NCBI RefSeq assembly: GCF_036321535.1
Contig: NC_087437.1
Location: 19,656,001 to 19,720,000 of the forward strand
Source: Camelus dromedarius
Taxonomy: Eukaryota
DNA: 64,000 nt
Reading direction: 5' to 3'
Below the pieces are notes generated by a model. That model was not told the origin of the DNA, did no database searches, and worked only from the letters and a program-made list of their open reading frames with translations. Of this stretch, positions 1-12,795 are shown piece by piece. Each line of letters begins with the position of its first letter. The first letter of the stretch is position 1. The translations under genes and the position numbers were made by a program.

Positions 1-112
1 TGCAGCAAGGTGACTAGGAAAATGACTGGGACCAGAAAAAGATGGAGGGGAGATTGAATGGTAGTTCCATCAAAAACTCCAAAGGATGGGTTAAGTTTCA
101 TGTAAAAAAAAC

Positions 113-214
113 TTTTTAAAAATTGAAGTATAGTCAGTTACAATGTGTCAATTTCTGGCATATAGCACAATGTCTCAGTCATGTATATACGTACATATAT
201 TCGTTTTCATATTC
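113..214 (-). mobile_element. Very short 5'-truncated L1 3' end (young, lineage type)
   Basis: TTGAAGTATAGTCAGTTACAATGTGTCAATTTCTGG... is the reverse complement of an L1 3' terminus, related to copies at 38720, 40583 and 42920. Flanked by TAAAAAA(A)AC on both sides. Confidence 0.7.
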
Positions 215-487
215 TTAAAAAACAGTTTCTAAGCATCAATTTTCAAACTCCTTAAACTTATAAAGATAACAGCTCCATGTAAAAAAATACTTTCTAAGCA
301 TCAACTTTCAAAAACCCTTTAAACTTATAAAGACCTTATAAGATCTTGAGTTTCCAAAAGCAATTCCCAAATTTGAGAAAGTATTCCTTTATTTTGGAAC
401 TTTTGCTAGTCTTGGAGGGACTGGTCAACAGCTGAGAATCATTGAACATAGGGCTCATTCTCCTCTGCCTTTTTCATTCTCCTAATG

Positions 488-1650
488 GCTTTATTGAGAT
501 ATAATTGGCAGACAATAAACTACACATTTAAAATGTAAAAAATGGCAAGTCCTGCCATATGCACACAACCATGAAAGCATCACCACAGTCAATCCCGAGA
601 GTTTCCTTACGCTGCCCACCCAGCTCCAGGCAGTCACTGGTCCTCATGCTGTCATTGCATGTTAGTTTACATTACTAGAGTTTTATACAAGTTGAGTCAT
701 GCAGTATGTACTCTTTGTTTGTATGGGTTCTCTCAATCAGCAAAACTATTGTGAGAGTCTTTCATATTGTACATACCAAATGTTCATTCCATTTTATTGC
801 TGACTAGTATTCCATTATATGGATAGACCATAATTTGCTATCCATTCACCTATTAATGGGCATTTGGGTCATTTCTAGTTTGAGGCTATAATGAATAAAG
901 CTACTATGAACATTGGATGAGCACATGCACTCTTTTCTCTTGGATAAATGTCTAAGAATCCAATGTCTGGATCACACGATGAGTTAAGTTTGACTTCTTG
1001 CCAAAGTGTTTTTTAAAACCAGGATCATTTTTTTTTTTTGAGGGTGGGGAAGGGAAGTAATTAGGTTTATTTAATGATTATTTTAATAGAGGTGATGGGG
1101 ATTGAACCCAGGCCCTCATGCATGCTAGGCATGCACTCTACCACTGAGCTATACCCTCCCCCTTAAACCAGAATCATTTCTAAATGATTCTTCTATTTAC
1201 ATTCCTACCAGCAATGCATGAAAATTCTAGTTCTTTACCAATACTTGCCACAGTGAACATGTTTCATTTTAGCCCTTTTAATAGATGTGTAGCAGCATTT
1301 CTTTGTGATTTTAATATGCATTTCCTCAGTGACAAATGATGTTGACTTCTTTTTCATGTATTTCTTAGACATTTGTATATCCTTTTTGGTGAAGTGCCTG
1401 TTAAAATCTTTTGTCCATTTAAAATTTGTATTGTTTATTTTCTTCTTACTTTATATATTATAGACGCATATTCTTTATCAGCTGTATGGTTTGCAAATGT
1501 TCTTTCCCCAGGCTTTGCTTGTCTTTTAATTCTGTTAACAATGTCGGCAGACTTTTTCCTTGATGAAGTCCAATTTATTAATTTTTTCTTTTATAGACTG
1601 TGCTTTTGGTGTCATATCAAAGAAATATTTGCCTAACCCAAGGCAAAAGT
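488..1650 (-). mobile_element. Old L1 (L1M-type) 3' end and ORF2 tail, interrupted by a SINE
   Basis: Typical antisense L1 3'UTR motifs (TTTATTGAGATATAATT, TAGTATTCCATTATATGGATA, CATTCCTACCAGCAATG). Confidence 0.85.
1031..1162 (-). mobile_element. tRNA-Ala-like SINE (camelid vic-1 type), long-tail form
   Basis: Minus strand reads GGGGGAGGGTATAGCTCAGTGGTAGAGTGCATGCCTAGCATGCATGAGGGCCTGGGTTCAATCCCC, with A and B boxes and an A-tail. Degenerate TSD TTAAA(A)CCAG(G/A)ATCATTT at about 1013-1030 and 1163-1179. Confidence 0.9.
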
Positions 1651-2199
1651 CTTATTTTAAGGAGTTTCTGGTGTTCGAGCCCGTCCAGAATTGAAGCTCA
1701 AATGCATTATTCAGGGAAAATCCCAAGTCTCTGATTTACTCCTATTTTCTCTGAAACAAAAGCATCCTCTTGAGACTTGCTTCATAGTCTGCATCAGCCT
1801 CTAGCGCTGTCACCTAGAATTATTGCCTCCCAGAGGCTCTGTTCTATTCCAGGTTATCAAAGGAGAGTGTTCTCTCATGAGGACTAGAACGGGGCCTTCA
1901 TAGGTCTTGCCTTTCTCTGCTGCCCCCTCCAGCCCACCCCTGTGGTCCTGATCAGTAGGGACATGTATCTCATAGCAGGAGGTAGGTTAAAGTCTAATGC
2001 ACTGTGCCTTGGATTGTCCTGGCATGTGCTTTTTCCAGATTCTAGGGACAGAAGGAGAAAATGTAATAATACTAGCAAATCAGCAACACCTGGGCCCCTG
2101 TGCAAAATTGACTCTGTCCACAGAAAAGGAAATGGAAACCACCATGACTGACTGCCTCCTCTGTGAGCCTGCTGGCAGAATCCTTGTAACGAACTGTGA

Positions 2200-2700
2200 A
2201 GATAAGCATCACTGTCCCTACTTGCAGCTAAGGACAGAGGCTCAGAGATGGGGGAGAATCTAGGTTACCCTGAAAGTAAGTAAGTGGCAGAGTTGGGACT
2301 GGAACTTGTGTACCCACTCACTCACTTTAGAGTCTCCAGGCCTCATCAAGCTACTCAAGGGAGTGGTAACCAGTGATTTGTTCAAACAAAGGAAAATGTA
2401 TGTGAAACCTTCCTCAGGGGCAGGCCTGTTTCCTCGGGCCATGGGTGTTTAATCAGGACCCTGGGGGCTGCGGGAAGATCGCTGGCTGCCATCCTCCTTC
2501 TGAGCAGCAGGGCACAGTAGGAAGAGTCTGCGCTATGGAGTCAGAGAACTAAATTTGAACCCTGGTCTCACAACTTATCAGCTGTGTGACCTTGCCTTAG
2601 CTTCATAATGTCTCTGAGCCTGGGTCTTCTTGTCAGTTAGGAAAAAAGAAATTTGGTATATAAAGTCCTGCTGCTTGGAGCAAAGGCTGATGAGAAGCTG
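2200..2700. mobile_element. Two MIR fragments in opposite orientation (about 2200-2340 and 2510-2700)
   Basis: MIR core motifs ACAGAGGCTCAGAGA...GTAAGTGGCAGAGTTGGGA and CAGCTGTGTGACCTTG...TCTCTGAGCCT. Confidence 0.65.
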
Positions 2701-3619
2701 CCTTGCCCTGGAGGAGAGGCTCAGGGATGAAGACGCACGGAGGTCCCGGCCAAGCTGACATTTGCTGCCTGTGTGTTTGGAAATATCCAAAATGTCACCC
2801 TTGGAGAGGGACTGTGAGCAATTATTGTGTGTCTTGAGTTCAGAGACCAAGGTTTAAAAAAATAAACCTCCCTACTCAAGGTGAGCTTGTAAACAAAAAA
2901 ATTCCAAAACTTAAGACAAATTCTAATGCTGAGAAAGGCTGACAATTGTGAGCTAAATCCACTCCAGGTGAAATAAAAATGGTAATGTGAAAATTACTTT
3001 TAAAAAGGCATATTTAGGGTCCTCATAGATAAAGAAATGACCTCTATGAATAAAATAGACTTTTATGAAACTAAATAGGCAGAAGGAAACAGAACCAGCA
3101 GATAGGAAAAATAACAATTTGAAATCCTGGAAAAATAGACAAATGGGGTTTTAAAATTAAAATATTAATGGAATCAACTTCAGTGTTATGTTAGGATTCC
3201 TTTTTCTTTTTTGTGAGTATATCTATTACAGTTACCACAAGGTTTTTTAAAAATTTTAATTTAATTTAATTTATTATTTTTATTTTTATACCGTAAGGTT
3301 TTGCTATAGCATTCTGTATATATATGTGATTGCTTTAAGATGCTAACCTCTTTTTTCCAAATATATTTTTAGTACCCTAAATTTGTACTCTCCTCCCCTC
3401 ACTATTACTGGTTCTGCTATCGTATTTTATATATGTTTTGTGTATCTCAACTTTAGATTGGAAGCTGAAAAAATTGGAAGATGGTAGACATGAATTAATT
3501 TGGAACATGGCATAAAAAGATTAAAATTTTAAAAAATCAGTTACGAGATATGGAGAGACTTTAAAGTGTGTTAAATAGATTTTCATAAAAAAAAAAGAAT
3601 ACAGGAAATGGTGGCACAA

Positions 3620-4790
3620 TTAAGTATGCATCTTAAAAACTGAAAGAAGAAAGCATAGGTATAAATCTTCATGACCTTGGATTAGGCAGTAGTTTCTTAT
3701 ATGACACCAAAAGCACAAGCAACAAAAGGGAAAAATTGGTAAAGTGAAAATTACCAAACTTAAAAACCTTTGATCTGCAGAGGACACCATCAAGAAAATG
3801 AAAAGCAATACAGATAGAGGGCATATTTTTGCCAGTTATATATGTGATAAGAGGCTTGGGTCTGGAGTATATAAAGAACTCCTACAGCTCAATAATATAA
3901 AGATAAATAACCCAATTTAACATGGGTAAAGATCCAAATAGACATCTGTTCAAGGAAGATACACAATTTACCAAAAGCACTTGATAAGATGCTCAACAAC
4001 ACTAGCCATCAGGGAAATGCAAATCCAAACCACAATGAGACATCACTTCATATTCACTAGGATGGCTAGACTTAAAAAATCGGGTAACAAATATTGTGAG
4101 AATATGGAGAAATTGGAGCCCTCATACACTGCTGGTGGCAATGTAAAATGCTGGTTTGCAAAACAGTCCAGCAATTCCTCAGTGAGGTAAATATAGATTT
4201 ACCATGTGATCTAGAAATTCCTCTGCTAGAAATACAGAAATAAAAGCATACATCTACCCAATAACTTGTACCTGAATGTGTGGAGCAGCATTACTCATCA
4301 TGGCCCCAAAGTAGACACAACACAAATGTTCATCAATTGATCAAGGAATAAACAAAGTGTGGCATATCCATATAATGAAGTATTACTTGGCATAAAAAGG
4401 AATGAAGTACTGATACACACTATAGCATCAATGAACCTTGAAAACATAATGCTAAGTAAAAGGAGCCAGTCGCAAAAGACCACGTATTATGTGATTCCAT
4501 TTATAAGAAATGTCCAGGATAGGCAAGTCCCTAGAGACAGAAAGTAGACTGAGATTGCTTGGAGCTGGGAGGGGTCTGGGGGAAATGGGGAGCAACTGCT
4601 AATGCTTATGGGGTTTCTTTTGGGGGTGATGAAATGTTCTAAACTGTATTGGGATGTTGAGGTGGTGGCTGCACAACTCCAAAGATACATTATGAACCAT
4701 TGAGCTGTACATTTTGAATGGGTGAATTGTATATGAATTATATCTCGAAAAATTTTTATTAAAAAAATTAAAAGTAAATACAAATAGAGT
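3620..4790 (+). mobile_element. L1 (L1MB-like) ORF2 C-terminus and 3'UTR
   Basis: ORF 3981-4190 (RCSTTLAIREMQIQTTMRHHF...EKLEPSYTAGGNVK) is L1 ORF2 C-terminal sequence, followed by 3'UTR and an A-rich end. Older L1 debris flanks it (about 3000-3600 and 4800-5440). Confidence 0.9.
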
Positions 4791-5639
4791 TAAAAAAATA
4801 CTTTATAGCTTTTAAGCCAGTTAAGAGGAGAAAGGAGAAAAGAAAATTTGAGTAATTTAATAGAAGGCAAGGGAATCAAGAAAGGAAATTGAAAGAAGCA
4901 AGTAAATTAAAAAAATTACCTGGTAATATCTAAGTCTAAATATATCAGCATTCAAAAGTTTAAAATCACCTATTAAGAGAAAAACAACTGACTGATTACA
5001 AATGATAAAAATCAAACCTTTTGTTTTTCGTTAAAACGTCCCTAATACAAAATCATAGAGAATAGTTGCAAATAAAGAGATGAGCCAGCTATACCTACAA
5101 ACACAAATCAAAAGAAATTTCTGTGGCTTTTCCAATATAGAAGAAAACTGAATTTAATGGAGAAAGTGTTATTAGAAACAAAAAGAAGCCCTACCTATTG
5201 ATCAAATATTCCAGCGAGAAAATATAACAATCATGAACACATATGCCATGATATAGTCATACAAAGAAATACATGAGAGCAATGAAAATGAACAAGCCAG
5301 ATCTCAAATATATCAACACTGACAAATCAAAAAAATGCATTATTAAGTGAAAAAAGCAGATGCATCTCAAAACAAAGAATGAGACTTTTATGTAAGTTCT
5401 AGAACATAGAACAATATATATTGTAGATGAATAAATACACAGTCCATGGTTTCATAATTTTATGACGTACTTGAATAAATGCTTCAATCCAATCACTGCT
5501 TCTTTAATACAGGAATCACAGGGATCGATGGAAGTGGTTTTCCCCCCCTCACTGAATCTGAATTTGTACAGTTTTCACCAATGACTTAATTAAACCCATG
5601 ATCAGATTCAAATTTCAGAAAATACACAGGATGCATACA

Positions 5640-6410
5640 GCATCCCTGTGCTGCTGTTCTGTGCTGGGCATAGGAAGATGAATGAGATCTGGCCCCTGTC
5701 CTGAGGGACCTCCCAGCCATGAGGGCTGGAGGAAAAGCAAACAGCAATATAATGGGACAGACAGAGGGATGGGAGAGCCCAAGAAAGCACATTTATCTAT
5801 GTATTCCTCTCTGTGGGCTCAAGGAAGACTTTCTGGAGGCAATGCCTTCTGCACAGAGTCTTAAAGGATGAGTACAGCTCTCCTGGTGAAGGTGGTCGGT
5901 GAGGCTGGCTTGAACAAGAGCCTGGAGCCAGCACAGCATGGGGTGAGTGGAACCTCACCATGGTTTGGGTGTTTCTCATTTGGGCAGGAAGTACAAGGTG
6001 CAGGTAGCAGGGGTCAGGGACATCTGGTCAGAGGAGTGGGTGAGTCAGATCCCCGAGCACCATGTAGGCACGCCAAAGAACTGGAACCTCAACCTAGGGG
6101 TACAGAAAGGACCACTTCAGGGTTTTCAAGCAAGGCACCGTTAGATTTGTGTTTTTGGATACCTCGCTCAAGCAGCAAGGTGGAGGGCTTGGACCCAGAG
6201 ACAGGGGGTGACTTCAAGAGATGGGAAAGATCTGAAACAGAACCTGAGGTTGAAGAAGCAGGTAAACTTGATAGGATTTAGTGAGCTTGTATGAGAAGAG
6301 GAGGAATCTGGAAACACAGCCAGGATGGGGCTTGGGTGGCTGCTAGGGGCTTATCAACCAAGTCTAGGGATGTTTGAGTGAGTGAAGATAGTCACGAGTT
6401 CATTTTCTGT
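5640..6410 (-). mobile_element. L2 fragments
   Basis: Degenerate L2 3' motifs (CTGTTCTGTGCTGGGCATAG, GGCCCCTGTCCTGAGGGACCTC, GAGTTCATTTT). Confidence 0.5.
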
Positions 6411-8436
6411 TTCACAGTCCCGAAGCCCATCAACTCCACTCATCCTCATGACCACAGATTGTACAACTTACACAGGTCGGTGACAGAAAGCCGGGGGAGG
6501 GGGGGAGAAGTGATTTGTAAATTACTTCAGCTTGTGGCTTTTTGATATTTCCTTGTAATAATTATCTTGAATTCACATTACCTATGACAAGGAACACTGA
6601 CACAAGGATTACAGAGCGAAGTTAAGCATCACTGAATTGTACTGAAATAAGAGAATTGCTATCGTGTATCCCTGACATTTTAGCAGTATCGAATCTGATT
6701 TTGTCACATTTACAAGGTACCGTGAGCTGGGATCCAGAGGCGGTGTGTTATCATCGCCTAGCATAGTGTTCCTTAATTATCAGCACTCTCACACTTCCTG
6801 CACAGCAGATTGGAATCGCTAGAAATAGCACAAACTTGAAAATTAGCGTTTTTCTCTTAAATAATCAGGATGCGGTATTTATAGTTTTCATAGGAGAGGA
6901 GTCTTAACGAAGGTAAACTAATTTCACACTCAGAGGTGAGGTAGTGTTTTCTCCCTTCTTATTATGTGATTCCCCACCCCCCTACCTCCTTTCCAGGGTC
7001 TATTTTTTCAGCCCCTCAAAATTTCCATAGCATGAATAATCCTCTCCATTTTGCCCTCCCCAAAGAGGTGTTTCTGCACTTGGCTTGCCCTTGTGATAAT
7101 TCATGATAGTGGCAAGGAGCCCTTGACGGAATGGAAGATTTTGCTTTTCTTCACAGTTACTCACCAGCCTGTGACATTAGCAGCCCTGGATCACATGGAT
7201 TGCACAATGTTTAAACTTCAACAGAAGTCAAAATGCCTTGTCTAGGTCGCTGAGCTCTACATCACATATAAACTACTGGCCACCAACTGGCAGTTGAATG
7301 AGAAAGGAAAAGAAAGGAGGAAGAAAATTAAACAAGGCATAACAGATGGACTTCTGAGTTGTCCTTGACACAGAAGTGAGGTCTATGGAATCAACTCGTG
7401 GCAGCTCCCTCCCTCTCCGGGTCCTCATTCTTCCTCCGTCCACTGTATCCTGCATCGCAGGCACATGATACCCTCTGCAGAGGGATACCCGTGTAAGCCC
7501 ACCTCCCCAACACGGATCCCTGCTTCCGAATCCCTCCCCAACACATTCAAACTACCATCATGCATTTAAGTTGGCACTGGCCATCTTAAGACACAATCTA
7601 CCTTTTGGAATGAATTCATCTTCCACTATAAATGCCTGGCATCCAGCATCCTAGTGACTCTTGAGTAATGGGAAATTTTCAGGAGTGTTTAGAGGTGAAG
7701 TGAGGAATTTCAAGCCCCGAGAAGAGTAAAGTATTCTGGGGCTTAGGTGCCTTTTTGTAGTTACAGAGGCTTTCAGCTAAGAGCTGTCTGTGCACGAGGC
7801 CAGCCTTGGGAGGAGGCAGAGGCTGCACTGTCAGCCCCTCATGTCGCACTTACTGTTATATTTCTGCCTTAAGCTTCACCATGAATGATAGGTTCTTTCT
7901 GGCAAAGACACTGTAAACTTGAGGGAAGGGATGGTAACTAATACATCTTGGTTTTTGTGCCATTGTAGCTGTGCACACTGCCTGACTGTTGTGGGTGTTC
8001 GATAAATAGATGTTGATAATGGAAAGAGAAGGAGAGGGAGACCAGGAGAGAGACCGAGCAGCAGAGAATGCCAGACAGAAGCAGCGAGAACAGGGAAGTA
8101 TTTAGAATGAGAAGCTTAAGGATGTTTAAATAGAACATTGCTGAAAAGAAGGTACAAGAGACTAAAAGGAAACATGAGAAAAAATACACTGTAAAACAAA
8201 ACAAATGTAGAACTCTAGGGCTGGAGGAGAGCTTAGAAGGCCCAGAAATCTGCTCCCATCCGAAGCCAGATTTCTGTGCCTGAATCGTGGGAGGCTTTGT
8301 CTGTCTGGTATCATTAAGAACTCAGCAAGGACACGTGGTCAGGCAAGGTCTCCCTGAAGCCAACAAGACATTGTAGGTGTTTCCAGGCCTGTGATGTAAG
8401 GGCTTCACACTGAGAATCAACTCTGAAGGGAGTCTA

Positions 8437-8700
8437 TAGTGAATGGTGACTGTTTTTGCCACCTAGCATCATGCTCTCTTTCAAGGACAATCACTCCAAC
8501 TCACTTCCAGAGGACCAGCCCTCTGCACCCTCAGGCTTGATGCTGTGGGAATTCATTCCCCCTTGGACTTGGGCTGGGCAGGGAACTCAGGCGTGGCCAA
8601 TCACAGCGCTGCATTCCCCTGGCCACTGTGAGTGGCTCACGGATGGCTGGAGGACCCAATCCCAATTCAAGACAATAAAGCACAGCCTTGGCACTTGCTG
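8437..8700 (+). mobile_element. Old ERVL-type LTR fragment (LTR16/LTR33-like)
   Basis: ACTCAGGCGTGGCCAATCACAGCGCTGCATTCCCCTGGCCAC...TGGCTCA motif. Confidence 0.5.
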
Positions 8701-9059
8701 AGGCTGTTGAGAAAGAGCCCAACTCCAAATTTGCATAAACATAAAAAGGGTTGCCTAGCAGCTTCCTGTAACCCTTTTTATGTTTATGATTGGTGACTCC
8801 TCTCCTCACACACAGCTAAACTTTCAGGGGGAACATTGCCCAAAGAACCATTTTAGAAATTGATCAGAGGCAAACAACATATTGAGAAGTGTGTATTCAT
8901 GCAAATCTGCTGAGCTTCAGGTATGAACAGGGAGGTCTGGCATTCTCATCAGGGACTGCTCTTACTCCTCATTATTTCCCTCCCTCTAAATTTGTCCGAG
9001 TGGTTCTACCAGGGTGGGTAGGGGTGGAAACACCAGCCGGCTTAATCACAGCTGGGAAA

Positions 9060-9970
9060 AATACTTGTAGATCATACATATAAATGATTTGTATTGAAAT
9101 ACATAAAGAGGACTTATAACTCAATAATAAGAAGATAAACAATCCACTTTAAAAGCGGGCAAAAGATTTGAGCAGACATTGCAGCAAAAGAAGTATACAA
9201 ATGGCTAACGAGCAGGTGAAAAGGTGCCCAACATCATCAATCACTAGGGAAGGGCAGTTTAAACCGCAGTGGGTCATCATGATACACCCGCTAGAATGGC
9301 TCTGAGCAACAGTTGTGGAGAAACAGCTCCTCATGTGTTGGTACATTGCTGGTGGGAAAGTAGATTGGTACAGCCACTTTGGGAAAGTTTGACACTTTTT
9401 TAAAAAGTTAAACATAAACTTACCACATGATTTTGCAGTTCCACTCAGGTATCTGACTAAGAGAAATGCAAAGATATTCCCCACAAAGACCTGCACATAG
9501 ATTTTCCTAGCAACATTATTTACAATAGCCCAAAGCGGAAGTAATCAAAACGTATATCGACTGGTGAATGCATAAATAGTATAGGGTATATCTGAACAAG
9601 AAAATAGTATTTAACAATAAAAAGGAAAGTACTACTGATGGATTCCACAATATGGACGAACCTGAGAATACTCTGCTAAGTGGAAGAAGCCACAAGACTG
9701 TACATTATATGATTCCACTTGTGTAAAATGCTGTCAAAGGGAAAACCTTAAGCATCAGATCAGTGGTTGTCGGGAGCTGGGGTAAAAGCTGGAATTGATG
9801 ACAAACAAGCATGAAGAAATTTTTAGAGGGGAAGAAAACATTTTAAAATTAGGTTATGGTGTTGGTTGTACAACTCTGTAAATTTACTGAGAATCATTCG
9901 ATCGTATAGTTCTCATGGATAAAAATCTTATGATATGTAATTTATACCTTATCAGTCTTTAAAAAAAAGA
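9060..9970 (+). mobile_element. L1 3' end (L1MB/MC-like)
   Basis: AACTCAATAATAAGAAGATAAACAATCC..., CATTGCTGGTGGGAA, 3'UTR and A-tail. Further L1ME-like debris follows to about 10400 and at about 11480-14360. Confidence 0.85.
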
Positions 9971-10567
9971 AGAAGTAAAATGCCTAGCTTCACTAGTGGT
10001 CAGAGAAATGCATATTAAAAGACCTAAGAAATAACACTGGCCACCCATCAGATGACAAAATATTAAAGAGCTAGATTATATACCCCTGGTAAATAGGTAG
10101 AAAAAATTGGGATAATTATTTTAGCTTTTTTATAAAGAAATTTAAAAATAACTATTATAATTCAAAACATCTATATTCTGTGGCTCTGTCATCCCGCACC
10201 TAAAAATCTATCCCACTGGAATAAAGATATAACATTTGAATATATATTTTTAAAGGGTTTTGCATTATATTTAGTAACAAAAATTGTTTTAAACCTGGAA
10301 ACGAAACGATTACTTATCAATGTGGAATAAATAAACTGATGCATCCATACTGTGGTGCAGAATTCAGTTGTAGAAAATTTGAAGAGAAAGTGAGTTGATG
10401 TGGGGAATTAGGCAGGAACACAGTCCTTGGGAGGGCTGGAGGAACAGGGTCTAGGTTGAGTTTCCAAGGATGACTCTCAGGCACAAGCACAGACGTGGCT
10501 CACCAAGGTTGCTGCTCTCTTTGTCACATGGAGATAGCAACAATATTCTATACAGATCTTATTATAT

Positions 10568-10950
10568 CGTAGGTTGTATTATTCTCAATTATTTGCTCCT
10601 CTTCCTTGTAAGAGATTATACTTCTCCATCTCATTAACAAAGCTTGGCCATGTGACTTGCTTTAACCAATGAAATGTCAGTAGGAGTCATACATGTCAGT
10701 TCCAAATAAAAGCTTTCAGTGCCTTTGCATGGTTCTGCTGTCTCTCTTTTCAGTCTGTCACAACAACAGAATGTCCTAGATAGGGGCTACTCCGTCAGCC
10801 TAGATCCTAAAATAATGAAGACACTGGGGTAAAGTCAAACCAAACTCACAGTCAATGTGCAACATCTGGGAGAAATCATCCTTTGTCACTAGCTACTAAG
10901 TTTTTTTTTTTTTTTTTCCTAAGCAGTGTAACCTAGCAAAAGCTAACTAG
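10568..10950 (+). mobile_element. MaLR LTR (MLT1, old subfamily)
   Basis: Diagnostic CTTGGCCATGTGACTTGCTTTAACCAATGAAATGT motif. Confidence 0.75.
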
Positions 10951-12309
10951 TAAAGCTAGAAATTCAGGAAGCTACAGCTCTAATTGCTGGATCCCAGATA
11001 CACTGCAGCAGTCATCTAAAGCAGCAGAATAGCTGCCCTGCACCCTGACTCTTGCTATCTTTGAGGCTGGGCACCAGTCCCTGGGGTTCCCAGTCCAGCA
11101 CTTGTGCCGCAGCCTACCTGACTGCAGCTGAGCTAAGAGAAGCAGCCAAAGGAAAATCTTTCCACGCTTCTGACTTCCAAATCTCTCTCAAGTGCCCATT
11201 TGGCAGAACCGAGGTCAAATGAAGATTGCAAGTCTATGAGGCAGGAGATATAGTCTTTGAAATGTAGTAAGACACACTCCAACAGGTTTAGAATGATGCT
11301 GAGTGCGCTCAGCTGCAACAGCTGCCACTCATGTCATGAAGCATCATTCAGGCTTTAAAAAGAGTGAGTTAACCCTCATCTCTTTGGTTGTGGTCTCCAA
11401 GGGGCAGTTTATACCAAAAAGAAGCTATCAAAGGCTGATAGGGCATGTTGAAAGATCAGAGGAGCCAATCATGGGGGGTTTTGTTGGCTAAAGTTGGGAA
11501 AAACAGGAATAATTTTTAAAAGTTGCAAAATATTAAAATATATCAAATATATGCAAATGAGTTTTAATGATACTTAAACAATGTTAATGAAATAATAGAT
11601 TTAGTCAACTGACTCCCAATATCTCAAGGTAGAAAGTGTTTAAGAAACTTTATAATGGATAGACAGAATGACAACAGCTCAGCCACCAATACATCTCAAT
11701 TTCACCCAGAGTGGAAAGCCTGGATGTAATGCAACAGGAAGCCAAAAAAGTAGAATCTGAATTTCATCAAGCCTCTAGTGCTAACTGCCAGTTTACAAGA
11801 AATACAGGGACTAGAGGATCATGCTAATTGATGCTTTGAAGATGTGGTCACCTTAATTCAGAATGTGGTAAATTTTGCTGAGCAAACAATCAGGTTTCCT
11901 TACCCCAAAAATGGCCTGTTTAAAAGAGAAGAAGGGGAAACTATTAAAAATTAAAATTGACATAAGAGAAATATCAATGAAATGTAACTTAAGGACCTTC
12001 TTTAGAATCTGATTAAACAAATCAGGTATAAAAAAAAGACTTTTTAAAAAATACAAAAAGGAAAATCTAAAGGCAGATTATTGGATGATATTAAACAATT
12101 ACTCATTCTGTAAGATGTATTAGGTGTGATGATTTTTTAAACCCTCAGCTGTTAAAATATGTGGTGAAGTATTTACAGGTAAAATGTGATGATGTTTGAA
12201 ATTTGCTAAAAAACACTGCAGCCCTCACTAGAGAGAAAGGAAGGATGGAAGGAAAGAAGGAAGGAGGGAGGGAGGCAAAGTGGGAAGGGGGATGAAGAAA
12301 GGAAGGCAT

Positions 12310-12795
12310 AGTAGGTTTATTGTCGCCGTAACAAATTGCCACAAACTTGGTAGCCAAAACACCCTCACACATGTATTTCCTTGCAGGTCTGTGGATTAGC
12401 AACCTAACATGGCTCTTATGAAGCTAAAGTCAAGGAGTTGCAGGACCGTTTCTTTCTGGAGGCTCTAGCAGGGAATCTGTTCCCTTGCCTTTTCCAGATT
12501 CTAGGGGTCCTGGTTGGAGGCCCTCTGCCTCTATCTTCAAAGCCAGCAAGGTTGCATTTCTCGTATCATTTTTGCCTGGCTACATCTCCTCCAGCTACAG
12601 TCAAAAAAGATGCTCAGATTTGAAGGATTCACATGAATAGGTCAGGCCCACCTAAATAATTTAGGAAAATCTCCTTATCTCAGAGGACTTGACTTAATCA
12701 CATCTGGAAAATCCCTTTTACCATGTAGGGTAACAGACTCCTAGAGGACAGAATCTGAATATCTTTGGGGGGAGCCATTATTCTGTCTCCTATGG
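12310..12795 (-). mobile_element. MaLR LTR (MLT1C/D-like)
   Basis: GTAACAAATTGCCACAAACTTGG...TCTGGAGGCTCTAG...CCATTATTCTGTCT. Confidence 0.8.

Noticed and set aside
1090..1162. tRNA-like sequences (also near 42440-42513, 43045-43119 and 44580-44654)
   Set aside because: They are SINE heads with A-tails and TSDs and a degenerate cloverleaf, not tRNA genes.
3620..9496. ORFs with L1 ORF2-like peptides (for example 3981-4190 and 9149-9496; similar ones at 20272-20496 and 42132-42597)
   Set aside because: Fragmented, frameshifted retrotransposon remnants, not host genes.
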